From the NCBI GenBank assembly GCA_030390025.1, contig CM059432.1, positions 152,894,001 to 152,958,000 on the forward strand: a stretch of DNA of 64,000 nucleotides, in the 5' to 3' direction. A program made the translations under genes and the position numbers. This DNA comes from Squalus acanthias. Taxonomy: Eukaryota. Below, piece after piece: positions 13,403-24,929 of this stretch. Numbering within the stretch: position 1 is the stretch's first letter; the number at the start of each line of letters is the position of its first letter. A model generated the notes under the pieces. That model worked only from the letters and a program-made list of their open reading frames with translations, did not search any database and was not told the DNA's origin.

Positions 13403-13975
13403 ATGCCTAATGCCAAAGGGATTGCCATAAAATTTCATGCACAATGGACACAAATAAGGGACTTATTAATAGGAAGAAGCAGACAGTGAAACATACACCA
13501 GGACATCAGAAAGAGAAAACAAGAATACCAAGTGGGAATGATAAAGCACATAATTTTGCACAGCAGGCAGCCAGGGGAATAGAATCCATGATCGTGACAC
13601 AATCAGGGAAAGATACTCGGCCCGTGACAAACTCTGACCCACAGGAACCAACCCTGTGCGACGGAGGCACAGAATTACAGCAAATTTGGCACCAAATTCA
13701 AAGCAACAGAATTGACAAATTGGAACCCTGTTGGAGGGGGAATTCCTCTGAATTAAACACCAACAAACAGTTATGTAAACCCAATCCGGAATGGATTATA
13801 CCCGGAAAAAGTAGATGCAAAGTGCTATTAAAGGAAATCCATGAAGGAATGGGCGGATTACATTTATCTGTGAAAATTATGTTATCTGAACTTGAGACCT
13901 ACTGGTGGCCCAGGATAGTGAATGATTTAAGGATATATATTAGAAACTGTATATGATCTGCTGGAGTTAATGCAA
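13403..13975 (+). pseudogene. Retroviral pol remnant (RNase H C-terminus plus integrase zinc-binding domain)
   Basis: NAKGIAIKFHAQWTQIRDLL / VKHTPGHQ..GNDKAHNFAQQAA and IIPGKSRCKVLLKEIH..H..YWWPRIVNDLRIYIRNC; A-rich context 12983-14345. Confidence 0.8.
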
Positions 13976-14345
13976 ATAATCAAAAAACAGAGGAATTGTG
14001 TATCGTACCTCAAAGGCCTTGAAGAAAGTTAAGAGAATCAAAACCCTCGTTCGAAATTCAAGGAAAATACACATGAAGAAATGGCTGAGAAAGCAGGGGC
14101 AAGGGTGACCAAGAAACAAAATCTGATGAAGAAGCTGTGAAAGAAGAAGACACGAAGACAGAAAAAGCTGAGGAAGAAGTTAAAGCAAAATCAACTGTAG
14201 AAGAGAAAGCCAGAGAAAAAAATGAAAGTAGAGAAAGAGGATGTGGAAAAGGGAGGAATGGAGCAACCAAAGAAAAATCAAGAAAACGAATCTACCAAAA
14301 AGAACCAGTGAAAAAGGTGGGAAAAAAAGTTGAACCCAAAGTAAA

Positions 14346-14783
14346 GAAAGAAAGACTTGCATTTCTATAGCGCCTTTCATGACCTCAGGACGTCCCAAAG
14401 CGCTTTACAGCCAATGAAGTACTTTTTGAAGCATAGTCACTGTTGTAATGTAGGAAACGCTGCAGCCAATTGCGCACAGCAAGCTCCCACAAACAGCAAT
14501 GTGATAATGACCAGATCATCTGTTTTTGTTACGTTGATTGAGGGATAAATATTGGCCATAACTCCCCTGCTCTTCTTCCAAATAGTGCCATGGGATCTTT
14601 TACGTCCACCTGAGAGAGCAGACGGGGCCTCGGTTTAATGTCTCATCCGAAAGACGGCACCTCCAACAGTGCAGCACTCCCTCAGTACTGCACTGGAGTG
14701 TCAGCCTAGCTTTATGTGCTCAAGTCCCTGGAGTGGGACTTGAACCCACAATCTTCTGACTCAGAGGGAAGTGTGCTACCTAC
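14346..14783 (-). mobile_element. Deu-domain SINE, tail and body; head displaced to 21048-21079
   Basis: Colinear with 34531-34981; stops inside the tRNA head at the Tx1 poly(A). Confidence 0.9.
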
Positions 14784-15146
14784 ATTTTTTTTTAATATAT
14801 CATTTATTGAACATTAAGAACATTTACAACATCGTGATCATTCCATTGTATCATTCAAATCCATTCCGCCGCTCTGCACAGCCATTCCTCCACCACATAT
14901 TAACACCAAAACCTGAAGTTTAATTTGTCTCCCGTAACATATATTAATCGATTGTACTTTAAAAATTGATCATAAAATACTTTCTTTAAATTCCTTTCTG
15001 AATAAAACACCCACAGAGCCTTATAATGATCTTTTAGTTTATATTTAAAATACTCTTTTGGATTGATTCTCCTCCCCTTAAAAACCAGAGCATTCCTTCT
15101 TTGCACAATCACGAATCTAGCCAAACTGAACATTAAATTAATTGCT

Positions 15147-15281
15147 AAAGCAAAATACTGCGGATGCTGGAAATCTGAAATAAAAACAGAAAATGCTGGA
15201 AACACTCAGCAGGTCAGGCAGCATCTGTGGAGAGAGAAACAGATTTAACGTTTCAGGTCGATGACCCTTCGTCAGAGCTGG
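15147..15281 (-). mobile_element. Penelope-like terminal fragment with minimal hammerhead core, inserted in Tx1 ORF2
   Basis: ctgacga-a-gggtc-atc-gacct-gaaac-gtt at 15241-15280; flanked by attgc/attgc. Confidence 0.75.
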
Positions 15282-18200
15282 CATTGCCACTCCGCTAGAC
15301 TCGGGCAGACTCACCTGCAATCCCCATCTCAAAATTGATTCCCACGGGATTCCCATTCTCGCTCTTCGGTCCCCACCCAGCAAAAAAACCTCACACAACT
15401 GTCTAACATAGTACTTAAAATCATTTAACTGCGGACATAACACCAGTAAATGGGACAGAGTCTCGTCCCGTGTCCCACACACTGGGCAAGTTGCCCCCTC
15501 CACTCGCCCAATCTTGCACAAGACCGTCATGGTAAAAATCCAGTTATGAGCCAATTTGAAATCCAGTTCAATCCACTCTGGACATTTAAAATTCGCCCAC
15601 ACTCCCTTCCAAATCCTGTTGAAGTCCAGCTGTGGGTATATACTCTGCCAAAACTCCTGATCAGCAGGTGTCTTGAATCTCCATTCTCTAAATACCTCAT
15701 AGAAATCTCGAGTATTACAGTTGTCAAATTGGACCAACTCTCCCTCTTTCTCCAGCAGAAAGCTTGGAAAAGCGGGAAGCATTTTACTTCCTTTGGAGAT
15801 TTCCACATTTATTTCTTCCATCCAATCCTGTGGCATTGCCCTCACAATCTTCTCCTACATGATCATAATTGCTTTTTCCTCTTCCTCCTGATCCTCCTCC
15901 CACACCATGTCCCTCACGGATTTTTTCTTCAAATCAATATCTGGGAAATTGAATCCTCCCTGATTTCTCCGTCCAATGATGGTATTGTAAGCAACCAAGG
16001 CTGGTTTCTCTTCCCATAAAAACCTCACACAAGCCTCTCGGATGGACTTTTCCGCCCACTCAGGAATATCCTCCACCGTCAATAAGTACCATAGCTTAGA
16101 GAGCAGGAGAGCGGACACCACTGTCGCTCTTCCTTACACTTTCAACCACCTTCTTTCCCATCTTCCCAAAATCTTTTTAATTTTCATAACCTTTGGTTCC
16201 CAATTTAATCGATCCACTTCATCCCAGTCCTTCTTGCACCCCATATGCATCCCCAGAACTTCCAAAACCTCCACCATCTTAAAGGGACTTTCCTCCAACC
16301 ATTCCCCCCGACCCCTTCCTGCAACCAGGCATTGGGACTTACTATCATTCACTCTGGCTCCTGAAGCTCTACAATACTCCTCCACTACGTCCATAGCTTT
16401 CCTCACTGACTCCCCATCTCTCAATGTTAAGGTTGTGTCATCTGCATATTGGTGTATCACCGACACCCACCCGGAACTGGGAACCGCAATCCCGACTGCA
16501 CCTTGTTCCTTTCGCATCATGTAACCTAATGGTTCTGCTACCAATGTGTACAACAATGGAGACAGGGGACAACCCTGTCTCACTGACCTCTGTATCGGAA
16601 AATACTTGGATAAAAAACCATTACATTTAACACAGCTAAATATGTTATGAATAAAAAATCCTTATCCACTCAATGAAATTTCCCCCGAAACCAAATGCTT
16701 CCAAAACTATCAATAAAAACTCATGAGAGACCCTATCAAAGGCTTTCTCTTGATCTATCTTTAATACATGAGCCTCCCTCCCACTCTCTTCCATGAGCTC
16801 TATCGCATCTCGGATTGAGACCACAGAGTCTGCGATGTCCCGGCCTATGACTCCATAGGACTGAGAGGGCAAAACTATCTGCGGCAACACCTCCTTCATA
16901 CGATTTGCCATAACCCTCACCAAGATCTTATAATCCACATTTAATAATGTGATGGGCCTCCAATTCTTCAGATCCCTTCTATCCCCTTTATTTTTATAAG
17001 CTAAGCTTATGAGACCTCTCCTCATAGATGGGGCCAGGCTTCCCTCAATTTTAATTTCCTTAAAAACCTCTAAGAGCAATGGACTTAAAATCTCGAAAAA
17101 TTCTTTATAAAATTCAGCACTTAGTCCATCGGACCCTGGGCTTTTCCCCCCCCCCCCCCTTCATTCCACTTATTGCTACTTTTATTTCCGCTAATCCTAC
17201 TTCTTTGTCACACATGCTTCTCTCATCCTCCTTTAAACCCTCTTCAATAAAAGCACTAACCTTCTCCATCACCAAATTGGAAATGACTTCTTTTGTATAT
17301 AACTCTTGATAAAAGCTGCTAGCCGCCTCTAAAATCTCCCCACTTTCATTAATGATCTTCTCCCCAACCTTCAACTCTCCAATTAATGATAATCTCTGTC
17401 GCAGCTTCTCTTGCTCTAGAAAATATCTGGTGCATCTTTCGCCCTTATTTTTCAGCTTGCAGTAATTCCCACTCTTCCTTTAACACCCGGAACTTAGTCT
17501 CAGCTCCCTTATCCCCTCCGTCAACTGCTTTACAGACATCTGTAAACCTTTTGTTTATATTCTCTTCTTGACGCCGGTTAGCTGCCGCTCTCTCTTTCCC
17601 ATAACGTACCGAAAAAACTTTTACCTCCTATTTGAAATTGTCCCACCAAACTCTTCTTTCTTTCAAGAACAAAGTTTCCTCCGAGCATTCTTTATTATAT
17701 TTAAAATCCCTTCTTTATAAGCAATTTCTTTCAGGTATTGATTGTTTAAAATCCATACCCCTGAACCGATCTTAACTCTGCTGTTCCTAATTCTAAGAAC
17801 CAAAGCCTAGTGGTAACTAAAAATACTTTTTTGTAATAAATCTCCATCACCTCAGAACTTAACCCTTCCCGCATTAACACAAAATCTATTCGGCTCTGTT
17901 TTAAAACATCACCCACCCAACCTGTTCTGGAGAACTCTCTTTTAATGGAGTTCCGGTCCCTCCATATGTCTCTCAAATTTAAGTTTGCCATCATTTTTAC
18001 AATCATCCATCTGGAGTTATCATCCTTAAAGGTCATCTGGGCTGAAATGTACATCCGAGATAAAAATACATTAAAATCCCCCACTATACAAGGATTTTCC
18101 ACCTCTGCCACTTCAGTGAATAACCCCCGAAAAAACTCACGACGCTTGCAATGGTCGTTCGGTGCATAGATATTAAAGAGATCGCAATTAAATTCCTCCA

Positions 18201-18397
18201 TTTTTACCCTTAGCCATAAAAATCTCCCCTCAGTGTCCTTATCCACAAAGGCAACGTTCTCTTTTCTGGATGGACTCACCAAAACAGCCACCCCTCTACG
18301 GTTATTGTTTGCACAACTTGCAAACACCTCTCCCTTCCAAACCTTCCAAACTCTTTCTAGGATATCCTCAACCCAAAAGGTTTCTTGCAGACACAAC

Positions 18398-19134
18398 GGG
18401 CTGGATTTTGATACTGGGGCGGGTTGGGGTCGTGTCATCCGCATTTCGTGTTATCCACCCGACTGCAATTGGATGTGGGAGATTGATGCAATTTTCACCT
18501 AATTGGGCAATTGAGTTCCAGCATGTGGGAACCCATGAACCAATTAGTGGTTTCAGTCTGAAAGTCGCCTCTGATGATGTCATCATTGCTGCTGCATTGC
18601 AGGTCAGAGACGGCCTGGCCTTTGCTGTGAGAGGACCTGGATGCAAAATGAGCAGCAGCTCTAAGGAGAGAGAGAGAGAGAGTTTTTTGCATCCAGGTCC
18701 TCTCACAGCAAAGGCCAGGCAGTCTCTGAAGACCTTCAATGCAGCAGCATCAGAGGCAACTTTCAGACCTAATACTACTACTACCTTCATCACATCTCCG
18801 TTGTAATAGTGGACCTGCAGCTCATAGTCAGCTATCCAAATGTGCTCCCGCCAGGTTTCACAATCGTGGTTCAGAACAGGCGTGCTTCACGTAGATCAAG
18901 GGTTAAAATCACAAAGGCCTTTCAAAATGGCATTATAGAGACAATTTAGTGCTTGCCTTAACAGCCTATCCCGCCTCTTAAAGGCGGGACGGAGTCGGGA
19001 CCAGCAGACATGATTTAATGAAAATTGCGTGGAGGCGGGATGGAGGCGGACTTGTGCCTGCCCGCCAGTTTTTGCAATTTTAACCCCCCACACGCCTCCA
19101 AACCCGCCTCCACGGGTCAATGAAAATCCAGCCC
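18398..19134. mobile_element. Harbinger-type MITE with internal hairpin
   Basis: Perfect 12-bp TIR gggctggatttt/aaaatccagccc, 3-bp TSD AAC; splits Tx1 endonuclease (..GTDL | LCLQET..). Confidence 0.9.
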
Positions 19135-19264
19135 AACAAGTCCGTGCCTTTAAAACACTGCAACAACTGCTGCAATTTCTTCTCACCCCTCAGTTCGTTC
19201 ACATTAATCAAGACCAATGTAATCATGGCTCCGAATAAGGGAAGTATGCCTGATAATCCCCCCA

Positions 19265-20933
19265 TCATTTAATCTCTGGCCCTTCCCTCCTCTCATGCTC
19301 CTTCCCAACTTTTCGGGCAGCTGTTGCTTTTTCCTGCAGCCTCCGGCTCTTTTTCACCTCCTGTTTGAAACTTCCCTGTTGTTTCAGCCTCTTCCTTGCA
19401 TTAGGTTTGGGCCAAGGAGCTGCCCCTTTTCCCTCCTTCTGCCCCTCACTAACCTTTCCCTTTCCACACGATGCCACCACACCCCTCACTTCCGTGTCTC
19501 TGTTCCCCTCTAATTCCTCACTCTCGAGCTCTTCTGTAACCTTCTGTTCCTGTTCCCTGTCAGATAAATAATCTTGCTCCCCGTCAGATACATCATCTCC
19601 CATAGAGGGTCTTCCTGCTATCGCGGTTTCTCCAACAGTGCCGCTCCCTTCGACCTCATCTCCACAGATGACCCTTGCTCCCTGATCCTTCTCTCTCTGG
19701 GACAATGGCGCACCTATATTGCTCCCTTCTGGCGTCTTTGTCTCGCCGCTCCTGTCCTGCTGCCCCTTTGAGGCTCCTGCCTCTTGCACCCTCTCCATGT
19801 CTTGCCCCCTCCTGCTCACTGAGATATCCAACTCCCCATCTTTCTTTGGAGTACTTACATTTACCACGCACCCTGCTCCCACCTCCTCTCCCCCCGCGGA
19901 CACCAGATTCTTATGCCCTCGACCCGTGCTGCCCGCTGCTGTCTTTGTTCTTTTCCACTGTACTTGGTATGTTTTCCACCATCTCCATCCTGTTCTCTGC
20001 TCTGCAATCTTCTGCCTCTTCCTGCGCTCTTTTCTCCTTCCATTCACCAGCTGTGTCCTCCGACTGCTCTGCTCCTCCGGCCGTTCCACTCACACCTCCT
20101 GCTCCTTCTCCCATCTCATCACTCATAGAGCTTCCTTCTGCCTCACACTCACAGCGGGTGGGGCCTTTGTGACACACCCCACAGCTCTCCGCCTTGCAGC
20201 TCCGAGCGATGTGTCCAGACTCGCCGCAGTTATAAAAGTACAAGTCTGGACAGCTTCTTACAAGATGGTCGTGTCCAAGACAATAATAACAAACCTTCAC
20301 TTGGTTATTATGCAGTACCTGGAAGTACTGCACTCCTTCTATTGTCTCGAATTTCATGCTGTACGGTAATGACTTCACCCCCTCTGGGAACCGCACCTTT
20401 ACGTAACGGGTTCCATCTGCTACCCGTGTTCCTGGATAGTATCTCCTCTTTATTGCCAAGCAAATTTTAATGTCCCACGACTCCAACTTTTTGATTAGCA
20501 CCTCGTCCTCAATATAAACCGGCAAGTTTAAGAATGAGACCACCACCTCTTCCGAATATAGCAGAGATACCTCCAAGAACTTATCACCAACCTTCAAACT
20601 GAGTAAAAGTCTTTCCACCTCCTCTCGGCCACTGACCGTCACCTCGAACCCAACATTCAGCTTTGGTCGGCAGGCAAAGCAGCTTCCCTCACCGCAGTCC
20701 TCATGTACCGCCTGGATAATATCCCAAGCTTGTATCTCCTTATCCTCGCACTGAACCACCACCGTGTCGTCTTTTCCAAACCTCCTAGGGTCCCGGCCCA
20801 AATCTTTGGGCCTTTTTCTCTCCCTTCCAACAACAATTTCTCCCCTGATTAAATTCATCTTGGGAACACTGTCCTCTGAGGGGCCCGGCACTCCAGGGCC
20901 TGGCGCTCCATCTGGCTGCTGTTTATGGGCCAA
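19265..20933 (-). pseudogene. Tx1 ORF1 (gag-like nucleic-acid-binding protein), one frameshift
   Basis: CYYCLGHDHLVRSC and YNCGESGHIARSC knuckles, DGTRYVKV..SLPYS motif, charged C-terminus. Confidence 0.85.
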
Positions 20934-21047
20934 AAAGGCCCTAAAACCTGAAAAAAAACCACCAGCAACTTTTTACAAACTCACTCCAACTCCCTGCAGT
21001 AATCAGGCAACCAGCAGCACCTGCTCACTCCTAGCCCCTCCCACCTA

Positions 21048-21079
21048 GAGAGTGCCACCCACTGAGCCACAGCTGACAC
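21048..21079 (-). mobile_element. Detached 5' head of the Deu-SINE at 14346-14783
   Basis: gtgtcagctgtggctcagtgggtggcactctc matches the 5' end of copy 34531-34981. Confidence 0.75.
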
Positions 21080-21325
21080 TACAAAGGATGGCAATGGATG
21101 ACCACGGATAGCGTTGAAGAGAAGAGCAGCTCAGAAAGGAGCCGCCAGACCAGCAGCCATCAAGTTAAGAAAGCACAGCAATCACAGCAAGTAACACCAC
21201 ACAAGGAGGCCATTTGGTATTGGCACCCCACTCCCTCATAGTCACCCTCTACAGATGTAACCAATCCATTCCTTACACTCATTCCATCACTCTCACTCAA
21301 ACTTCTCTTCTTTCCCTCCTTACAG

Positions 21326-21460
21326 GAGAAGAGAGCCCACAACAACAGAGAGAGGGAGAGAACTGGAGGTGGCCCTCCAGTAATTCGACATCTTACAGCA
21401 GCAGAGGAGGCGGCTCTGGAAATTTCGGGAGCTTGAGAGATGCTGGCGATGGGAGACAGA
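21326..21460 (+). pseudogene. Harbinger Myb/SANT gene exon 2 remnant
   Basis: Polypyrimidine-cag acceptor then EKRAHNNRERERTGGGPPVIRHLTAAEEAALEI, similar to AKVAHNHHKQQQTGG.. at 33600-33750. Confidence 0.6.
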
Positions 21461-21881
21461 GAGAGGAAAAATAATAGAATCCCTACTAAAGTAGAAAATA
21501 GAAAAACATCTAGAAACCAAAAACATAGTAATGAATAGTCAGCATGGATTTCAAAAGGGAAAGTCTTGCTTGACCAACCTCATTGAATTTTTTGAAGAGG
21601 TAACAGAGAGAGTAGACAATGGTAATGCAGTAGATGTAATTTATCTGGATTTTCGAAAGGCTTTCGATAAGGTACCTCATAATAGACTGATGAACAAGGT
21701 CAGAGAATGCGGAGTCAGTGGACAAGTAGCAGAATGGATTGCTGGCTGGCTTCAGGACAGAAAACAGAGAGTAGGAGTAAAGAGTAGCAATTCAGAGTGG
21801 CAGAAGGTGGGTAGTGGTGTTCCACAAGGATCAGTGCTGGGACCACTGCTGTCCACAATTTACATTAACGATTTAGACCTT

Positions 21882-22301
21882 GGGCAACACGGTGGCATAG
21901 TGGTTAGCACTGGTGCCTCACAGCGCCAGGGACCCGGGTTCAAATCTGACCTCGGGTGACTGTCTGTGTGGAGTTTGCACATTCTCCCCTGTGTCTGCGT
22001 GGGTTTCCTCCGGGTGCTCCGGTTTCCTCCCACAGTCCAAAAATGTGCGGGTTAGGTTGATTTGGCTATGATAAATTGACCCTTAGTGTTAGGGGGGATT
22101 AAATATGTGGGGTTATGGGGATAGGATGGGATATGTTAGGGGGAATTAAATACGTGGGGTTACGGGGGTAGGGTGGGATATGTGTACTGTGGGGATTAAA
22201 GCAGGGATAGGGTACTGGATTTGGATGATCAGCCATGATCGTATTGAATGGTGGAGCAGGCTCGACGGGCCAAATGGCCTACTCCTGCTCCTAGATTCTA
22301 T
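21882..22301 (+). mobile_element. V-SINE (HE1-like)
   Basis: gggcaacacggtggcatagtggttagc (A box), ggttcaaatc (B box), V-domain, G-rich repeats, CR1-type tail. Confidence 0.92.
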
Positions 22302-23182
22302 GGGGTAAAAATTCAGTTGGTTGCGCCTCCCGTTAGCGCCTTAAGAGGGCGCTAATGGGGTGCAAAGCTGCTAACGCCCGGGCGCAGCGATGTTTGCGCC
22401 ACTCGGGAACTTAACTAGACATTGTGCGGCGGCGCTAAAACTTACCGCTGCGACCACCTGCGTGCGCAGATTGTGACGTCATTCCATGGTGCAACGCCCT
22501 TGTGGCGCCCCGGAGCGGAAATTGAGTGGCGCCCCCTGCCTTACCGCCTGGCGCATCCAATGACCAGAAGACTGGAACGCTATCAATCGCTGTGGGGCTG
22601 GGGGGGGCGCTATTTAAAGGGGGCCTCTTCCTGTCTTTTATTGTTGGTGGCATTTTTGAACTACGCATTCTGAGAGAGAGAGGGAGAGACTTCTGGAGAG
22701 ATTCAACGTTGTGTGAAGGAGTTTTGGGTACTGAGCAGCACTTTGCAGGTTCATTTTGATTTGCCATTCCTTGTATCGATTTAGCAGAGACTGTGGGAGC
22801 TGCACTCTGAGCTCTTTGCCTGGTACTCTCCATTGCTCTTTCCAGCACATTTGATGTGCAAGTCTCTCCAGGCCGAGATTCAAGGCTGCAATGAACAGGA
22901 TGTGGATGGAAAGCAAGATTAACCATCCCCTTTAAGGACTGGCCCGTGCCATTGTGTGTGTGTTCCATTGCTGACTGACATTACATGAGCTTCGCCAGCG
23001 CTCTGAGTTAGCGCCTCACTCCTTGGCCTTTGCGCCTTAAGACAGGTGTGCAGCGCTCCACTCACCTCCCGGGGCGGTAAAAGTGAAGTTTCCAGTCAGT
23101 GCCGATAATTAGCGCCAGGCGCTAATATTTGCGTCCAGACGATATTTGCGCCCCAAATGGGGCGCGACCTAATTTTTACCCC
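22302..23182 (+). mobile_element. Harbinger-type MITE, copy 1
   Basis: TIR ggggtaaaaatt/aatttttacccc; colinear inverted copy at 47756-48648. Confidence 0.9.
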
Positions 23183-23256
23183 ATAGTTTCTAATCAAAAA
23201 CACAATTTCTAAATTTGCGAATGACACCAAATTGGGGTGGATGGTCAATACTTAAA

Positions 23257-23997
23257 TTTTTTTTAAATTAGTTTATGGGATGTGCACGTCACTGGCAAGG
23301 CCAGCATTTATTGTCCATCCCTAATTGCCCTTGAGAAGGTGGTGGTGAGCCACCTTCTTGAACCGCTGCAGTCCGTGTGGTGAAGGTGCTCCCACAGTGC
23401 TGTTAGGGAGGGAGTTCCAGGATTTTGACCCAGCGACGATGAAGGATCGGCGATATACTTCTAAGTCTGGATGGTGTGTGACTTGGAGGGGAACTTGGAG
23501 GTGGTGGTGTTCCCATGTGCCTGCTGCCCTTGTCCTTCTAAGTGGAAGAAGTCGCGGGTTTGGGAGGTGCTGTCGAAGAAGCCTTGGCGAGTTGCTGCAG
23601 TGCATCTTGTAGATGGTACACACTGCAGCCACGGTACGCCAGTGGTGGAGGGAGTGAATGTTTAAGGTGGTAGATGGGATGCCAATCAGGCGGGCTGCTG
23701 TGTCTTGGATGGTGTCGAGCTTCTTGAGTGTTGTTGGAGCTGCACTCATCCAGGCAAGTGGAGAGTATTCCATCACACTCCTTACTTGTGCCTTGTAGAT
23801 GGTGGAAAGGCTTTGGGGAGTCAGGAGGTGAGACACTCGCCGCAGAATACCTAGCCTCTGACCTGCTCTTGTTGCCACAGTATTTATGTGGCTGGTCCAG
23901 TTAAGTTTCCGATCAATGGTGACCCCCAGGATGTTGATGGTGGGGGATTCAGTGATGGTAATGCTGTTGAATGTTAAGGGGAGGTGATTAGACTCTC
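23257..23997 (-). mobile_element. 3' fragment of the single-ORF LINE family
   Basis: YKAQVRSVMEYSPLAW..SLHH..WNSLP and the same tail as 29040-29108. Confidence 0.92.
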
Positions 23998-23998
23998 G

Positions 23999-24474
23999 CT
24001 TCACAGCAGCGTTATCAAACAAAATTTGACACCGAGCCACATAAGGAGATATTAGGACAGAAGCTTGGATAAAGTAACAGATTTTAAGGAGCATCTTAAA
24101 GGAGGAAAGAGAGGTAGAGAGATTTAGGGAGGGAATTCCAGAGCTTAGGGCCTAGGCAGCTGAAGGCATGGCTGCCAATGGTGGGGCTATTAAAATCGGG
24201 GATACACAAGAGGCCAGAATTGGAGGAGCGCAAAGATCTCGGGGGGTTGTGGGGCTGGAGGAGGTTGCAGAGATAGGGAGGAGCGAGGCCATGGAGGGAT
24301 TTGAAAACAAAGATGAGAATTTTAAAATCGAGGCATTACCGGACCGGGTTCAAATGTAGGTCAGCGAGCACAGGGGTGATGGGGGAGCGGGACTTGGTGT
24401 GAGTTAGGATACAGGCAGCAGAGTTTTGGATGAGCTCAAGTTTATGTAGGGTGGCCGATGGGAGGCCGGCCAGG
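23999..24474 (-). mobile_element. L2 LINE 3' fragment
   Basis: LAGLPSATLHKLELIQNSAA..PITPVLADLH..FKIL..KSLHGLAPPYL..LWNSLP. Confidence 0.85.
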
Positions 24475-24929
24475 AAAGCCACATTAAAGGAATGCTTCCT
24501 CAAAAACGAAGAGATTTTTGTGGTTGGAAAATATTTCAAGATCCTATTTTCCTAGGACCACTGATTCATGAGATGACTCATATACTTGGGTCTCAGCAAC
24601 ATTTGCGGTTTAGGTACATTTTTGCTTTGACTACTTCTGAGGATTTTGTGTAGATCGTCAAAACAGTCTGAGTTTGAGAGTTAGAATAATGGAGTGAATG
24701 CAAATGAACTGGTAGTCATTTTTTTAGAATTATATTTTTAAAACTTCATCCAAACCTGCCCCAATTCAGCACTAGTTTGGCAATGACACTCAGGCAGGCC
24801 TAAGGATGGTGCAGGGAACGGAAAAATACAGGTGCAGTAGGGGGTGCTCTTCTGAGATTGGAACCGAGGCACATTGTGGAGCAGAGCAGAGGGAGATTTA
24901 CTCTGCATCTGGCGATACCATACCTAACA

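Larger units (their letters stand above)
14900..19268 (-). pseudogene. Tx1 ORF2 (endonuclease, RT, zinc finger), frameshifted and interrupted twice
   Basis: ORF pieces 19080-19268, 17746-18444, 17114-17374, 16645-17079, 16134-16583, 15855-16121, 15138-15845, 14900-15205. Confidence 0.88.
14785..21047 (-). mobile_element. Near full-length, decayed Tx1/L1-clade LINE
   Basis: ORF1 with CCHC knuckles; ORF2 with LCLQET endonuclease, NWRPITLLNVDYKIL, RQGCPLSPLLY, QYADD, C-terminal CPVC..ETLSHLLVLC; AATAAA (14803-14808) and poly(A) 14785-14793. Confidence 0.93.
21472..23252 (+). mobile_element. CR1 RT fragment interrupted by a V-SINE and a MITE
   Basis: SQHGF..SCLTNLIEFF..GVPQGSVLGP..INDLD (to 21881) resumes as TISKFANDTKLG (about 23195-23252). 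Confidence 0.85.

Noticed and set aside
21882..21960. tRNA gene
   Set aside because: tRNA-like head continues into a V-domain and LINE tail; same for the other SINE heads
22435..22968. 177-aa ORF shared with 47982-48362 as a novel protein
   Set aside because: Lies within MITE copies, frames diverge between copies, no recognisable domain
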